This document shows positions 28,565 through 40,724 of a stretch of 64,000 nt of DNA, one piece after another. The translations under genes and the position numbers were made by a program. This stretch comes from a candidate division TA06 bacterium SM23_40 (lineage in GTDB: Bacteria; LJUI01; SM1-40), in contig LJUI01000010.1 of the NCBI GenBank assembly GCA_001303705.1, forward strand, positions 193 through 64,192, in the 5' to 3' direction. The stretch's first letter is position 1. Each line of letters starts with the position of its first letter. The notes below the pieces were generated by a model. The model saw nothing but the letters and a program-made list of their open reading frames with translations, was not told the DNA's origin and did not search any database.

Positions 28565-30356
28565 GATAGCTGACGACCTGGCGTACCACTGGCTGGGCGC
28601 AGGCGATCGGGAGATGGCACGGTGGTACTTGGCGCAGGCCGGGGATCGCGCCTGTGGCGCGCACCTTGTCCGCAGGGCGATCGGTCTGTTTGAGCAGGCC
28701 CTTGCGCTCGGTCCTTCGCCGGCCGAGCGGGCTCCGCTCGAGGAGAAGGTGGGAGATCTGCAGGCCCTGTGCGGGAGGACGTCGAACGCGCTTGCTAGCT
28801 ACGCTCAGGCCCGGTCATCCTATTGCGCCGCGGCGGGTGGTTCATGCGAGGCAGTGGTCGATCGGGCGCGCCTGTTCCACAAGAGCGGCAGGCTGTGCGA
28901 AAGAAGGGGTCAGGCCTGGTATGACGATGCGGAGGAGTCCTATCGGAAGGCGCTAGATCTGTACGAGAGCGCGAGTCACGTGGCAGGGGCAGCAGGCGTG
29001 CGCATCGATCTCGGCTGGCTCAGTTCCCAGCGCGGTGAGCACGAGCAGGGCCTGCGCATGTGCGAGAGGGCCCGGCAGATCCTGGCTGAGCGCGACGAGG
29101 AGGAGCTGGCGCGGGCGCTGACGGCGATGGGGCTCATCTACCTCAAGATCGGCGAGGTCGATGCCGCGGCACGGTGCCTTCATCAGAGTCTCGAGGTTGC
29201 TGAGCGAAGTGGGGACGGGAGGGAACTCGCGCGGGCACATCACAATCTCGGCATGTCATATCTCGACACGGGCGACTGGCGGCGTGCCGTCGACGAGTTC
29301 GAGCGCGCCATCGCCATTCAGGAAGAACTCGGGAATGTCGGGGCGGTTGCGAGATACACGAATAGTCTCGGTGCGTGTCTTGTCGAACACGGGGAATGGG
29401 ACCGCGCCAGGCAGGTGCTTGAGCGTGCTATCGTTCTCGGGAGACGGTGCGAGAACGTATCGTACGTCAGGAGGGCGACGAGGAACCTGGGAGCTGGGTA
29501 CTATCTCCGGGGGAGAGATCTCGAGCGTGCGGCGAGATGCTACGAGGAATTTCTCTCCCTGGAGGAGACGCCGCAGGCGCGGGCGCGCACCATGCTTCTC
29601 CTCGGCGCGATCTACTACGAAAAGGGCGAATGGGATCGGGCGGTTGGTCACTACGTGCGGGCGCTTCGTCTCTCCGCGAGACACGCCGAGCGCGAGCGGA
29701 TGGGAGGAATATACTGCAACCTGGGGGTCCTCTATGGGAAGAGGGGGGATCGGCGGAGGGCGACCGCGTGCTTCTCCAAGAGCCTCGCGCATGCGCGTCT
29801 GATTCAGAACGATAGTCTAACGGTTGGAGTCACGTGCAGCGCCGCGGAGACGTACATGAGGTGGGGAGATCTGGATGCCTCGCGACAGCTGTTGCAGCAA
29901 GCGAGAGCTGTGGCCGAATGCGGCCCGATGGAGCGCGATTTGGCCGAGATCGAAATGAGGGAGGCTGAGCTCGCCGTTCAGGAAGGGCGGGCGGACGATG
30001 CACTCGCGCTCCTCTCCCGAGCACGGGAGAGTGCAGAGCGCGGCGGGGATCGCGTGTCGGTGGCTATCTGTGCTCGGCTCGAGGGCAGGACATATGCGTT
30101 GAAGGACGTGTGGGAGCGAGCGGCCCAGCGCTTCGAGGAGAGCATAGAGGGACTGAGTGGAGCGGAATCGATCCATGAGCTGGCGCTTACATTCATGGAG
30201 ACTGCTGTCTTCAAATGGCGGTATGGCTACGTCGAGGAGGCACTCGAATTGATGGGTCGTGCACATGAGATCTTCTCCCGGCTCGGGGCGGTCCCCGACG
30301 CGGAGCGATCACAACTCTATCTGGGCAGGTGGAAAGATGAAACAGACCAGGAGTGA
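28536..30356 (+). CDS. TPR-repeat protein (C-terminal part of the kinase-STAND-TPR architecture)
   Basis: Opens in a different frame, overlapping the previous ORF by 29 nt, with only a TTG start. Its first conserved residues (DEIADDLAYHWLGAGDREMARWYL) normally sit in the interior of STAND-TPR proteins. More than 10 TPR-like repeats follow. Confidence 0.75.
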   Translation: MPNWRASKDEIADDLAYHWLGAGDREMARWYLAQAGDRACGAHLVRRAIGLFEQALALGPSPAERAPLEEKVGDLQALCGRTSNALASYAQARSSYCAAAGGSCEAVVDRARLFHKSGRLCERRGQAWYDDAEESYRKALDLYESASHVAGAAGVRIDLGWLSSQRGEHEQGLRMCERARQILAERDEEELARALTAMGLIYLKIGEVDAAARCLHQSLEVAERSGDGRELARAHHNLGMSYLDTGDWRRAVDEFERAIAIQEELGNVGAVARYTNSLGACLVEHGEWDRARQVLERAIVLGRRCENVSYVRRATRNLGAGYYLRGRDLERAARCYEEFLSLEETPQARARTMLLLGAIYYEKGEWDRAVGHYVRALRLSARHAERERMGGIYCNLGVLYGKRGDRRRATACFSKSLAHARLIQNDSLTVGVTCSAAETYMRWGDLDASRQLLQQARAVAECGPMERDLAEIEMREAELAVQEGRADDALALLSRARESAERGGDRVSVAICARLEGRTYALKDVWERAAQRFEESIEGLSGAESIHELALTFMETAVFKWRYGYVEEALELMGRAHEIFSRLGAVPDAERSQLYLGRWKDETDQE

Positions 30357-31935
30357 GGCAAACGAATGGTGGGCTGGACGTGAGGAGACGATCATCTACT
30401 CTCCCAAGGTGCCTATGGATAAGGAGCGGCTCGTGACTCTCTATCAGGCGGGGAGAACCGTGGCCTCGCTCTGGGAGCTGGAGAAACTCCTGGCGCGCCT
30501 GATGGATCTGGTGCTCATCACGCTCCCCGCGGAGAGAGGATTGATCCTGCTCGCGGGCAAGGACGACGGGGATCTGGCCGTAGAGGCGGCGCGAAATGTC
30601 GGGGGAAAGACGATCGAAGACGCCGCCGACTTCAGCCGGACGGTTGTGACCCTGTCGGTGGATGAAGCGAGGGCAGTCTATTCGCGCGATGCACAGAGGG
30701 AATTCAGCATGTTCGAGAGCATCGTGGAATACAAGATTATCTCATTCATATGCGTTCCGCTCAAGCTCCCCGAGCAGGTCATCGGGGCGATCTACGTAGA
30801 CAGCCGCGACCCGACGAAGGTCTTCACATCGGACGACGTCGATTTCCTCGCATCGCTGGCGTACATGGCAGCCCCTGCGATCGGGAGTGCGCGGCTCCAT
30901 GGAGAGAGAACGGAGGAGATCGCCACGCTTCGCTCCGCTCTTCGCACGAGGGATCGCTCAATAGTCGGGCGTAGCCCTGCCATCGGTCGGGTGCTCGACA
31001 GCATAGCGCGGGTGGCGAAGAGCAATGTCTCGGTCGTCATCAGTGGGGAGAGTGGGACGGGGAAGGAGTTGGTGGCGCGCGCGATCCATATGACTGGTCC
31101 CCGGGCGAGCAAGCCATTTGTGCCGTGTAACTGTGCCGCGATACCGACAGATCTGCTCGAGAGCGAGCTCTTCGGGTACAAGCGAGGAGCGTTTACCGGA
31201 GCCATCCGGGACAAGAAAGGTCTGTTCGAGGAGGCGGACGGGGGCACGCTGTTCATGGATGAGATCGGGGATCTCAGTTCGTACACCCAGGCGAAGCTCC
31301 TGAGAGTCCTCCAGGAAGGAGAGATCCGACGAGTCGGTGATACGGAGCCGCGGCGGGTCGACGTGCGGATCATTTCCGCGACGAACAAAGATATCGAGAA
31401 AGAAGTCGCCGAGAAGAGGATCAGGGAAGATCTGTACTATCGGCTCAATGTCTTCTCGATTCACATACCCCCGCTCCGTGACAGGCCGGAGGATATTCCC
31501 CTTCTCGTCGATCATCTTCTCCGGGATGCGGACGGTAAGCGACGGAAGGGGATAACTCCTTCTGCTCTCGACCTTCTCTGTCGCCAGCGGTGGCCGGGCA
31601 ATGTGCGCGAGCTGGAGAACGTCATCGAGCGCGCCATCGTGCTGGCCGATGAGGACATGATTGCGGTTGAGCATCTTCCCGACCTGTCTCTGCCCGACGG
31701 GCTGAGGATCGATCTCCACCAGACGCTGGAGCGGATCGGACAAGAAGGGAAATGCCATGCCATCGAACGGGGAATCCGGGCGGCCTTGGCCGCGACGGGG
31801 GGCGATATGCGTGCGGCGGCGGACAGGCTCGGCGTGGGGCAATCTACTCTCTACCGGTGGTGCCACAAACTGGGCATTGAGCGGGGCCGGCGCCCCTACC
31901 GGAGGAGTGGGAATGAGCGACACGAGAGGACTTGA
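30337..31935 (+). CDS. sigma-54-dependent transcriptional activator (GAF-AAA+-Fis HTH)
   Basis: GAF-like N-terminus, Walker A GESGTGKELVARAIH, GAFTGA loop, ESELFGY and C-terminal HTH (AAADRLGVGQSTLYRWCHKLGI). Start is ATG 30337 (overlaps the TPR stop by 20 nt) or ATG 30415. Confidence 0.92.
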   Translation: MKQTRSEANEWWAGREETIIYSPKVPMDKERLVTLYQAGRTVASLWELEKLLARLMDLVLITLPAERGLILLAGKDDGDLAVEAARNVGGKTIEDAADFSRTVVTLSVDEARAVYSRDAQREFSMFESIVEYKIISFICVPLKLPEQVIGAIYVDSRDPTKVFTSDDVDFLASLAYMAAPAIGSARLHGERTEEIATLRSALRTRDRSIVGRSPAIGRVLDSIARVAKSNVSVVISGESGTGKELVARAIHMTGPRASKPFVPCNCAAIPTDLLESELFGYKRGAFTGAIRDKKGLFEEADGGTLFMDEIGDLSSYTQAKLLRVLQEGEIRRVGDTEPRRVDVRIISATNKDIEKEVAEKRIREDLYYRLNVFSIHIPPLRDRPEDIPLLVDHLLRDADGKRRKGITPSALDLLCRQRWPGNVRELENVIERAIVLADEDMIAVEHLPDLSLPDGLRIDLHQTLERIGQEGKCHAIERGIRAALAATGGDMRAAADRLGVGQSTLYRWCHKLGIERGRRPYRRSGNERHERT

Positions 31936-31992
31936 GATTTCTATTGCGGGGCGGTAGAAAGGCCGATACAATAGAATTGAGGGAGGAATGCC

Positions 31993-33105
31993 GTGCGACT
32001 CACCTCACTCCTTGCGAGGAACTTCCGGAATCTTGAGGAGCTTCACCTCTCCTTCGACGCACAGAGGAACCTGCTCATCGGCAAAAATGGGGCGGGCAAG
32101 TCGAATGTCCTCGAGGCCATCTACTACCTCTGCGTATCCCGTTCTCCACGAGGGGCCCTTGATGGTGAGCTTGTGAGGTGGGGAGCGGATTTCTTTCATC
32201 TAGAAGGTCGGGGAGAGAGGCGCAGGGGGCCATTCGAAGTCACGGCAACGGTACGCGGCGGCCAGAAGGAGGTCGGATTCAACGGTGTCCGGCTCGCCAG
32301 GATATCGGAGCTGGTCGGCGAGATAGCCGTCGTCAGCCTGTCGCAGGATGACACGAAATTGACAAAGGGCCCGCCCGGCCAGCGCCGCCGCTTTCTCGAT
32401 ATCGCCGTCTCTCAGATATCGCGGATCTATCTTCAGATGTTGAATGACTATCGACGGACCCTGCAACAGCGTAATCGTGTGCTGCTCGTGGCGCGAGAGA
32501 GCGGGGGGGTGCGTGCGGAGAGCCTCGAGCCGTGGGATGAACAGCTCGTCTCCCTGGGCGCCAGGATCATCGTGGAACGGCAGTCTGCGATGGAGGAATT
32601 GGCGCCGCGCGCGATCGCATTGTATGGCCAGCTGGGAGGAGGTCGCGATTCTATGGATCTTGTCTACGCCCCCACTGTTGGGGACGGGACCGGAATGAGC
32701 GGAGATGAGCTGGCCAATGAGTTCCGCGATAAGCTCGTACGGACGAGGAGGGCTGAGATCGAGCGGGGACAGACACTGGTTGGTCCTCACCGTGACGACA
32801 TTGAGGTAGCAGTTGGGGGGCGGAATCTGCGTACCTACGGTTCCGAAGGGCAACACCGGAGTGCGGCCATCGCACTTCGCCTCGGAGAGGCGGATCTGCT
32901 GCGCAGGCATATCGGAGAGGACCCCGTCTTTGTCCTCGATGAGGTCTTTTCCGAGCTCGACAGGGACCGGGCAGGTGCCCTGGTGACGATATTGGAGGAG
33001 TGGGAACAGATATTCCTGGCGACGACGAGGAGCGATAGCATCGAGGCAAGGGATCTGGAGGCGGCGACGTTTCTGCTCGAGGACGGGGCGTTCGTCGAAG
33101 GTTGA
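31993..33105 (+). CDS. recF: DNA replication and repair protein RecF
   Basis: GTG start with GGGAGG upstream. Walker A GKNGAGKSNVLEAI and signature ..SEGQHRSAAIALRL.., ..VFVLDEVFSELD. Confidence 0.95.
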   Translation: MRLTSLLARNFRNLEELHLSFDAQRNLLIGKNGAGKSNVLEAIYYLCVSRSPRGALDGELVRWGADFFHLEGRGERRRGPFEVTATVRGGQKEVGFNGVRLARISELVGEIAVVSLSQDDTKLTKGPPGQRRRFLDIAVSQISRIYLQMLNDYRRTLQQRNRVLLVARESGGVRAESLEPWDEQLVSLGARIIVERQSAMEELAPRAIALYGQLGGGRDSMDLVYAPTVGDGTGMSGDELANEFRDKLVRTRRAEIERGQTLVGPHRDDIEVAVGGRNLRTYGSEGQHRSAAIALRLGEADLLRRHIGEDPVFVLDEVFSELDRDRAGALVTILEEWEQIFLATTRSDSIEARDLEAATFLLEDGAFVEG

Positions 33106-33106
33106 G

Positions 33107-35334
<2,228 letters not shown>

Positions 35335-35457
35335 GGCGACGGTCTCTGCAGGCGCACCTGAGTTCGGAGCCCGTGGACCGGTGCTGGACTCAGGTGAATG
35401 TAAACCGGGGGACAGTCCCGGCCAGGTGAAAGAGGAGATCTGCGGAAGAAGGAAGGA

Positions 35458-37917
35458 TTGATGGCGATTCGTCGCGAAAAGGTTGTCCCGGTAGATATCG
35501 AAGATGAGATGAGAACTTCCTATCTCGACTACGCCATGAGCGTGATCGTAGGAAGAGCTCTGCCTCGGGTGCGGGACGGACTGAAGCCCGTCCATCGAAG
35601 AATCCTCTTCGCCATGCGGGAGCTGGGGCTGGCCTCCAACCGCCCATACAAGAAGTCGGCGGCGGTGGTGGGGGATGTGTTGGCCAAGTACCATCCCCAC
35701 GGGGATGGCGCCGTGTACGATGCGATCGTACGTATGGTCCAGGATTTCTCGTTGCGCTACCCACTCATCGATGGTCAGGGGAACTTCGGATCGGTAGATG
35801 GTGACGCGGCGGCTGCGTATCGGTATACGGAAGTGCGGCTCACTCCGATAGCAGAGGCGATACTGGCTGACATAGATAAAGAGACAGTTGACTTCATCTC
35901 CAACTATGATGCAAGCCGCGAGGAACCGACGGTCCTCCCGTGTGGAATTCCCAACCTGCTGGTGAGCGGCTCATCCGGGATCGCAGTAGGGATGGCGACA
36001 AACATCCCGCCTCACAACCTGGGAGAAATCGTCGACGCGCTGATTGCATTGATCAAAAATCCCGAGATAAACACCTCGAAACTGATGAAACATGTCCACG
36101 GCCCGGACTTCCCCACCGGGGGCATTGTCATCGGTGCAAAAGGCATCCGCGATGCATATGAGAGCGGCAAAGGGCGACTAGTCGTGAGGGCGCGAGTAAG
36201 TGCTGAGACGAGGAAGGGGGGACGCGAACGGCTCGTCATCAGCGAGATCCCGTACCAGGTCAACAAATCGGTTCTCATCGAGCGGATCGCCCGGCTCGTG
36301 CGGGATCGGAGGATCGACGGCATCACCGATCTGCGCGATGAGTCAGATAGAGATGGAATGCGTATCGTACTCGAACTGAAGCGCGATGCGCAACGGGAGG
36401 TGATTCTCAACCAGCTGTACCGGCATACGCAGATGCAGGACACGTTCGGGGTCATTATGCTCGCCCTCGTGGATGGCCAGCCGCGTGTGCTCAATCTGAA
36501 ACAGATGCTCGAGTTCTTTCTCGAGCACCGACATGAAGTGGTAGTGCGGCGGACGAAGTTTGAGCTCGACAAGGCGGAGAAGCGAGCTCACATTCTGGAA
36601 GGGCTCAAGATCGCGCTCGACCACATCGATGCCATTGTCACTCTGATCAAGAAATCGCGCACCCCCGAGACTGCCAGGCAGGGCCTGGTGAAGGAGTTCA
36701 AACTGAGCGAACTGCAGGCTCAGGCGATCCTGGACATGCGTTTGGCCAGGCTCACGGGACTGGAGCGCAAGAAGGTCGATGAAGAGTATCTCGAGATCAT
36801 CAAGCTCATCGCAAAGCTCAAGTCGATACTGGCAAGCCGGGCCGCGGTGATGGAGGTCGTCAGGGCGGAGCTGCTCCAAGTGAAGAAGCGGTTCGCTGAT
36901 GATCGCCGCACTGAGATCGTAAGCGAGGAAGAGGAGGAACTGACGGTCGAGGACCTGATTGCTGAGGAGGACATGGTCGTCACGGTCTCCCACCGGGGAT
37001 ATTACAAGCGGATGGCAGTGAATGCCTATCGGCGTCAGGGGCGTGGCGGCAAGGGGATGATAGGAGTCCTCACGAGAGAAGATGACTTCGCCGAGAGCCT
37101 CATCGTTGCGTCGACACACCACTATATTCTCTTCTTCACCGATCGGGGGCGGTGCTACTGGCTCAAGGTGCATGAGATAGTGGAGGGAGGGAGACTGGCG
37201 AAGGGGCGGGCGATCACGAACATGCTGGCACTGGGCCAGGGTGAGGCTATTACGGCCTACGTGCCGGTGAGAGATTTCATGGGCGGTGGGTATCTGGTGA
37301 TGGCAACTAAGAACGGGCTCGTGAAGAGGATCGCCCTATCCGAATTCTCGCATCCGCGCCGCACAGGGATCCATGCGGTGACGATACGCGAGGGGGACTC
37401 GCTCATCGAGGTGAAGGCCACGGATGGCTCACAGGATGTCATGCTCATTACTCACTTGGGGAAGGCAATTCGGTTCCACGAGTCAGAGGTCCGTCCTATG
37501 GGACGTTCGGCTGCCGGCATCAAGGGCGTATCGCTGAGAAAGGGCGATGAGGTCGTTGGCATGGTAGCGGTGAAGCGGCAGGCGAGCCTTCTCATCGTAA
37601 CTGAACGGGGGTACGGGAAGCGGACAGCGATCGCTGACTACCGCGTGCAATCGCGCAGCGGCTTGGGGCTGATAACGCTGAAGGTATCGGAGAAGAACGG
37701 CCCCATCGTTGCCGCGCTCGAGGTGGTGGAGAGCGACGGGGTGATCATCATGTCGTCTCAGGGGCAGGTAATCAGGATCGCGGTGAGCGACATACGGGAG
37801 ATGGGGCGGAGCACGCAGGGGGTGCGCCTTATCGACATCGAGCGGGGAGATCGGGTCTGCGATGTCGCCAGAATCGTGAGCGAGGAGGGTCCGGAGTCCT
37901 CATCGGACAGCAGCTAG
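35458..37917 (+). CDS. gyrA: DNA gyrase subunit A
   Basis: 819 aa. ..[27 protein letters not shown].., active-site region [11 protein letters not shown], and C-terminal beta-pinwheel repeats. Confidence 0.97.
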   Translation: MMAIRREKVVPVDIEDEMRTSYLDYAMSVIVGRALPRVRDGLKPVHRRILFAMRELGLASNRPYKKSAAVVGDVLAKYHPHGDGAVYDAIVRMVQDFSLRYPLIDGQGNFGSVDGDAAAAYRYTEVRLTPIAEAILADIDKETVDFISNYDASREEPTVLPCGIPNLLVSGSSGIAVGMATNIPPHNLGEIVDALIALIKNPEINTSKLMKHVHGPDFPTGGIVIGAKGIRDAYESGKGRLVVRARVSAETRKGGRERLVISEIPYQVNKSVLIERIARLVRDRRIDGITDLRDESDRDGMRIVLELKRDAQREVILNQLYRHTQMQDTFGVIMLALVDGQPRVLNLKQMLEFFLEHRHEVVVRRTKFELDKAEKRAHILEGLKIALDHIDAIVTLIKKSRTPETARQGLVKEFKLSELQAQAILDMRLARLTGLERKKVDEEYLEIIKLIAKLKSILASRAAVMEVVRAELLQVKKRFADDRRTEIVSEEEEELTVEDLIAEEDMVVTVSHRGYYKRMAVNAYRRQGRGGKGMIGVLTREDDFAESLIVASTHHYILFFTDRGRCYWLKVHEIVEGGRLAKGRAITNMLALGQGEAITAYVPVRDFMGGGYLVMATKNGLVKRIALSEFSHPRRTGIHAVTIREGDSLIEVKATDGSQDVMLITHLGKAIRFHESEVRPMGRSAAGIKGVSLRKGDEVVGMVAVKRQASLLIVTERGYGKRTAIADYRVQSRSGLGLITLKVSEKNGPIVAALEVVESDGVIIMSSQGQVIRIAVSDIREMGRSTQGVRLIDIERGDRVCDVARIVSEEGPESSSDSS

Positions 37918-37924
37918 GGGAGAG

Positions 37925-39055
37925 ATGGCAGTACAACGATCGCACAGAAATCTGCTCCAGAAGTTGTGGGAGAGACGCTGGGTGCGGCGTCTCTCTCTCT
38001 GTTTGTGGACCCTCGTCATTGTCGCCGCGGCATCAGAGGCGGCATTGCGGACCGCATTCGTTCGGCTCGTTACGGTGCCGCTCGTCATGGAGAAGGTGGT
38101 GTGCACCTACGACGAGGAACTGGGATGGAGGGGGCTGGCCGGCGCCCGCACGGTTCACTCTGGTCAGGAGTGGCGAGTAGAGGTGAAGATCAACGCGAGG
38201 GGATTGCGTTCGAAAGAGTACGAGTACGATAAGCGTGTCGGGGCGAAGCGCGTCGTCGTACTCGGCGACTCCTACGCGTTCGGGTACGGCGTGGCTCAGG
38301 AGGTCGCGTTCCCCAGTCAGCTCGATAGTATGCTGGGTCAGGATGTAGAAGTGATTAACCTGGGGACGAGCGGTTACAGCACTGATCAGCAGCTGCTCTT
38401 CTTGCGGCGTGAGGGAGTGAAGTACCACCCCGATCTCGTCATTGTTGCGTTTTATCTCAATGATGCGTACGACAATCTGATAGCCTACTACAACGAGTGG
38501 TATGGGAAGCCAAGGTTTGTCGTCGGGCGCGATGGTGCACTCCAGCTGGTGGGGGTACCTGTACCGAGGTTTGAGGGATCGAGCTATCTCGTCAGTTTCG
38601 TCCGCCGAAGATGGTATGCTCTTCGTGATCTCGTGAATGTCGGCAGCAAGTTCAAACGGCTGGAGTGGTTCAGCATCTTCGATCGCTCCTTCGCGGAGGA
38701 GGGGAGGTGGGATGTGACCGAGCGGCTCCTCGTGGAGATCGACAGGGTAAGCCGCTCGCATGGAGCGGGGATGGTGCTGGTCGTCATCCCTGTGGTAGAA
38801 CAGATCTATGCCAGGGGGGTGCGCCATCCGGGGATCACGCCCGAGGACTTCGATCTCGACGCGCCACAGCAGAGGCTCGTGCGGTTCGCCCAAGGGGCGG
38901 GGATCGAGGTGGTCGACCTCCTTCCCCTGCTGCGGGAGCATGCGGAGGGCCGCTGGCTCTACTTCAAGGCTGACAACCACTGGAATGAGCGCGGCCACCG
39001 GCTGGCGGCCGAGGCGTTTGTGGAGGTTGTTGAGAAGCTACTGCACGAAGGGTAG
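37925..39055 (+). CDS. membrane-anchored SGNH/GDSL-family hydrolase
   Basis: N-terminal TM segment (LSLCLWTLVIVAAA). Block I VVVLGDSYAFGYGV and block V ..DNHWNERGHRL. Confidence 0.75.
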   Translation: MAVQRSHRNLLQKLWERRWVRRLSLCLWTLVIVAAASEAALRTAFVRLVTVPLVMEKVVCTYDEELGWRGLAGARTVHSGQEWRVEVKINARGLRSKEYEYDKRVGAKRVVVLGDSYAFGYGVAQEVAFPSQLDSMLGQDVEVINLGTSGYSTDQQLLFLRREGVKYHPDLVIVAFYLNDAYDNLIAYYNEWYGKPRFVVGRDGALQLVGVPVPRFEGSSYLVSFVRRRWYALRDLVNVGSKFKRLEWFSIFDRSFAEEGRWDVTERLLVEIDRVSRSHGAGMVLVVIPVVEQIYARGVRHPGITPEDFDLDAPQQRLVRFAQGAGIEVVDLLPLLREHAEGRWLYFKADNHWNERGHRLAAEAFVEVVEKLLHEG

Positions 39056-39307
39056 TACAGCAGATGTCGTGGGAAGCAGATGTCATGGATGGTAGATGGA
39101 GGTTGACTGCGGGTCGCCGGCCACGTGTGGAGGATGCTGGCGAGGAGCCGCACATCCGGGGAGAATCGACCCGAAGCACGGATCGGGAGGGCGGCGATTG
39201 AGTATCTCTCCGATGGGTATCTCTGAAGTATAGCCGGTCCCTGACAACGATTGGGCGTTGGCGAGCGCGTCCCCGGTCTTGAGCATGATCATGGAGGATA
39301 TCCGATT

Positions 39308-40672
39308 ATGAAAACACCAGTAGAGTACATCAACTCGAATGGCGAACGGTTTGTCCAGGAGCTGGCTGACATGCTGCGTATTGAGAGCGTCAGCACGGAT
39401 CCGGCGTATCGGGACGAGGTTGCCAGGTGTGCCGGGTACATCCACAGACATCTCGAGAAGGTCGGGTTCAAGGTACAGACGTTCGAGACGAAGCGCCATC
39501 CGATCGTCTATGCAGAGTGGCTCGGGGCGAAGGGGCGTCCTACTGCCCTCATCTATGGTCATTACGATGTGCAGCCGCCTGATCCGCTGGAGCTGTGGAG
39601 GACCGGCCCGTTCGAGCCAACGATGGCCGACGGGAACATATATGCGAGGGGTGCGAGCGATGACAAGGGGCAGTTCCTCGCCCATGTCAAGGCTGCCGAG
39701 GCGTACCTCAAGACCGCGGGTCAGCTTCCAGTGAATGTCAAATTCATCCTCGAGGGGGAGGAGGAGGTGGGGAGCGGGAGCCTCGCCCAGTTCATAAAAT
39801 CCCATACCGATCTGCTGCGGGCTGATGTCCTGATCGTCTCCGATTCCTCGCAGTTCGAGGCGGGGATCCCGGCGATCACGTATGCATTGCGGGGGATCGT
39901 GGCCGCGGAAGTAGTTGTTCGGGGGCCGAATCAGGATCTCCATTCCGGGGGCTTCGGCGGATCGGTCGCGAATCCGGCTAACGTCCTGGCGAAGATCATC
40001 TCCCAGTTCCACGATGAACATGGGCGGGTGACAGTCCCCGGATTCTATGACGATGTCCTCCCGTTGGCCGAATGGGAGCGCGAGGCCTGGTCTGCTCTTC
40101 CCTTTGACGAAGAGGAGTACCGTCAGTTTCTGGGCGTCAAGGAGCTGTACGGTGAGGAGGGGTTCTCCAGCCTGGAGCGGAGGTGGGCCAGACCTACGCT
40201 TGATGTCAACGGGATCTACGGAGGGTATATGGGGGAGGGGAGTAAGACGATCGTTCCCTCGAGCGCGGGCGCGAAGATCAGCATGCGTCTCGTGCCGAAC
40301 CAGGATCCGGAGCGGATCGGACGATCCTTCGAGGAGCACGTCCGGGCGCTCTGCCCCTCAACCGTCGAGCTCATGATGACGAAGGCCCACGGGTCTCCGC
40401 CGCTCCTCTTGCCGAGTGAGGGGCCAACGATGGATGCGGCCGCTGAGGCGTACCGCAAGGGGTTCGGAGTCAAGCCGGTCCTCATCCGCCAGGGGGGATC
40501 GATCCCGATCGTCACGACGTTCGTTGAACACCTGAAGGTGCCGGCCATCCTCATGGGGTTTGGCCGCCCGGACGACAACCTCCACTCGCCGAACGAGAAG
40601 CTGAACCTGGAGGACTTCCACAAAGCGATCCTGGCCTCGGCCTATCTGCTGGAGGGACTGGGGGGAGCTTAG
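39308..40672 (+). CDS. M20-family dipeptidase
   Basis: ATG 39308 with GGAGGA upstream. ..YGHYDVQPPDPLELW..PFEP...IYARGASDDKGQ.., ..ILEGEEEVGS... Confidence 0.88.
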   Translation: MKTPVEYINSNGERFVQELADMLRIESVSTDPAYRDEVARCAGYIHRHLEKVGFKVQTFETKRHPIVYAEWLGAKGRPTALIYGHYDVQPPDPLELWRTGPFEPTMADGNIYARGASDDKGQFLAHVKAAEAYLKTAGQLPVNVKFILEGEEEVGSGSLAQFIKSHTDLLRADVLIVSDSSQFEAGIPAITYALRGIVAAEVVVRGPNQDLHSGGFGGSVANPANVLAKIISQFHDEHGRVTVPGFYDDVLPLAEWEREAWSALPFDEEEYRQFLGVKELYGEEGFSSLERRWARPTLDVNGIYGGYMGEGSKTIVPSSAGAKISMRLVPNQDPERIGRSFEEHVRALCPSTVELMMTKAHGSPPLLLPSEGPTMDAAAEAYRKGFGVKPVLIRQGGSIPIVTTFVEHLKVPAILMGFGRPDDNLHSPNEKLNLEDFHKAILASAYLLEGLGGA

Positions 40673-40724
40673 GCCGGAGCGCTCTCGGCACGACCTCCGT
40701 GTCGGCTTCCATGAGCTCCTGGTT

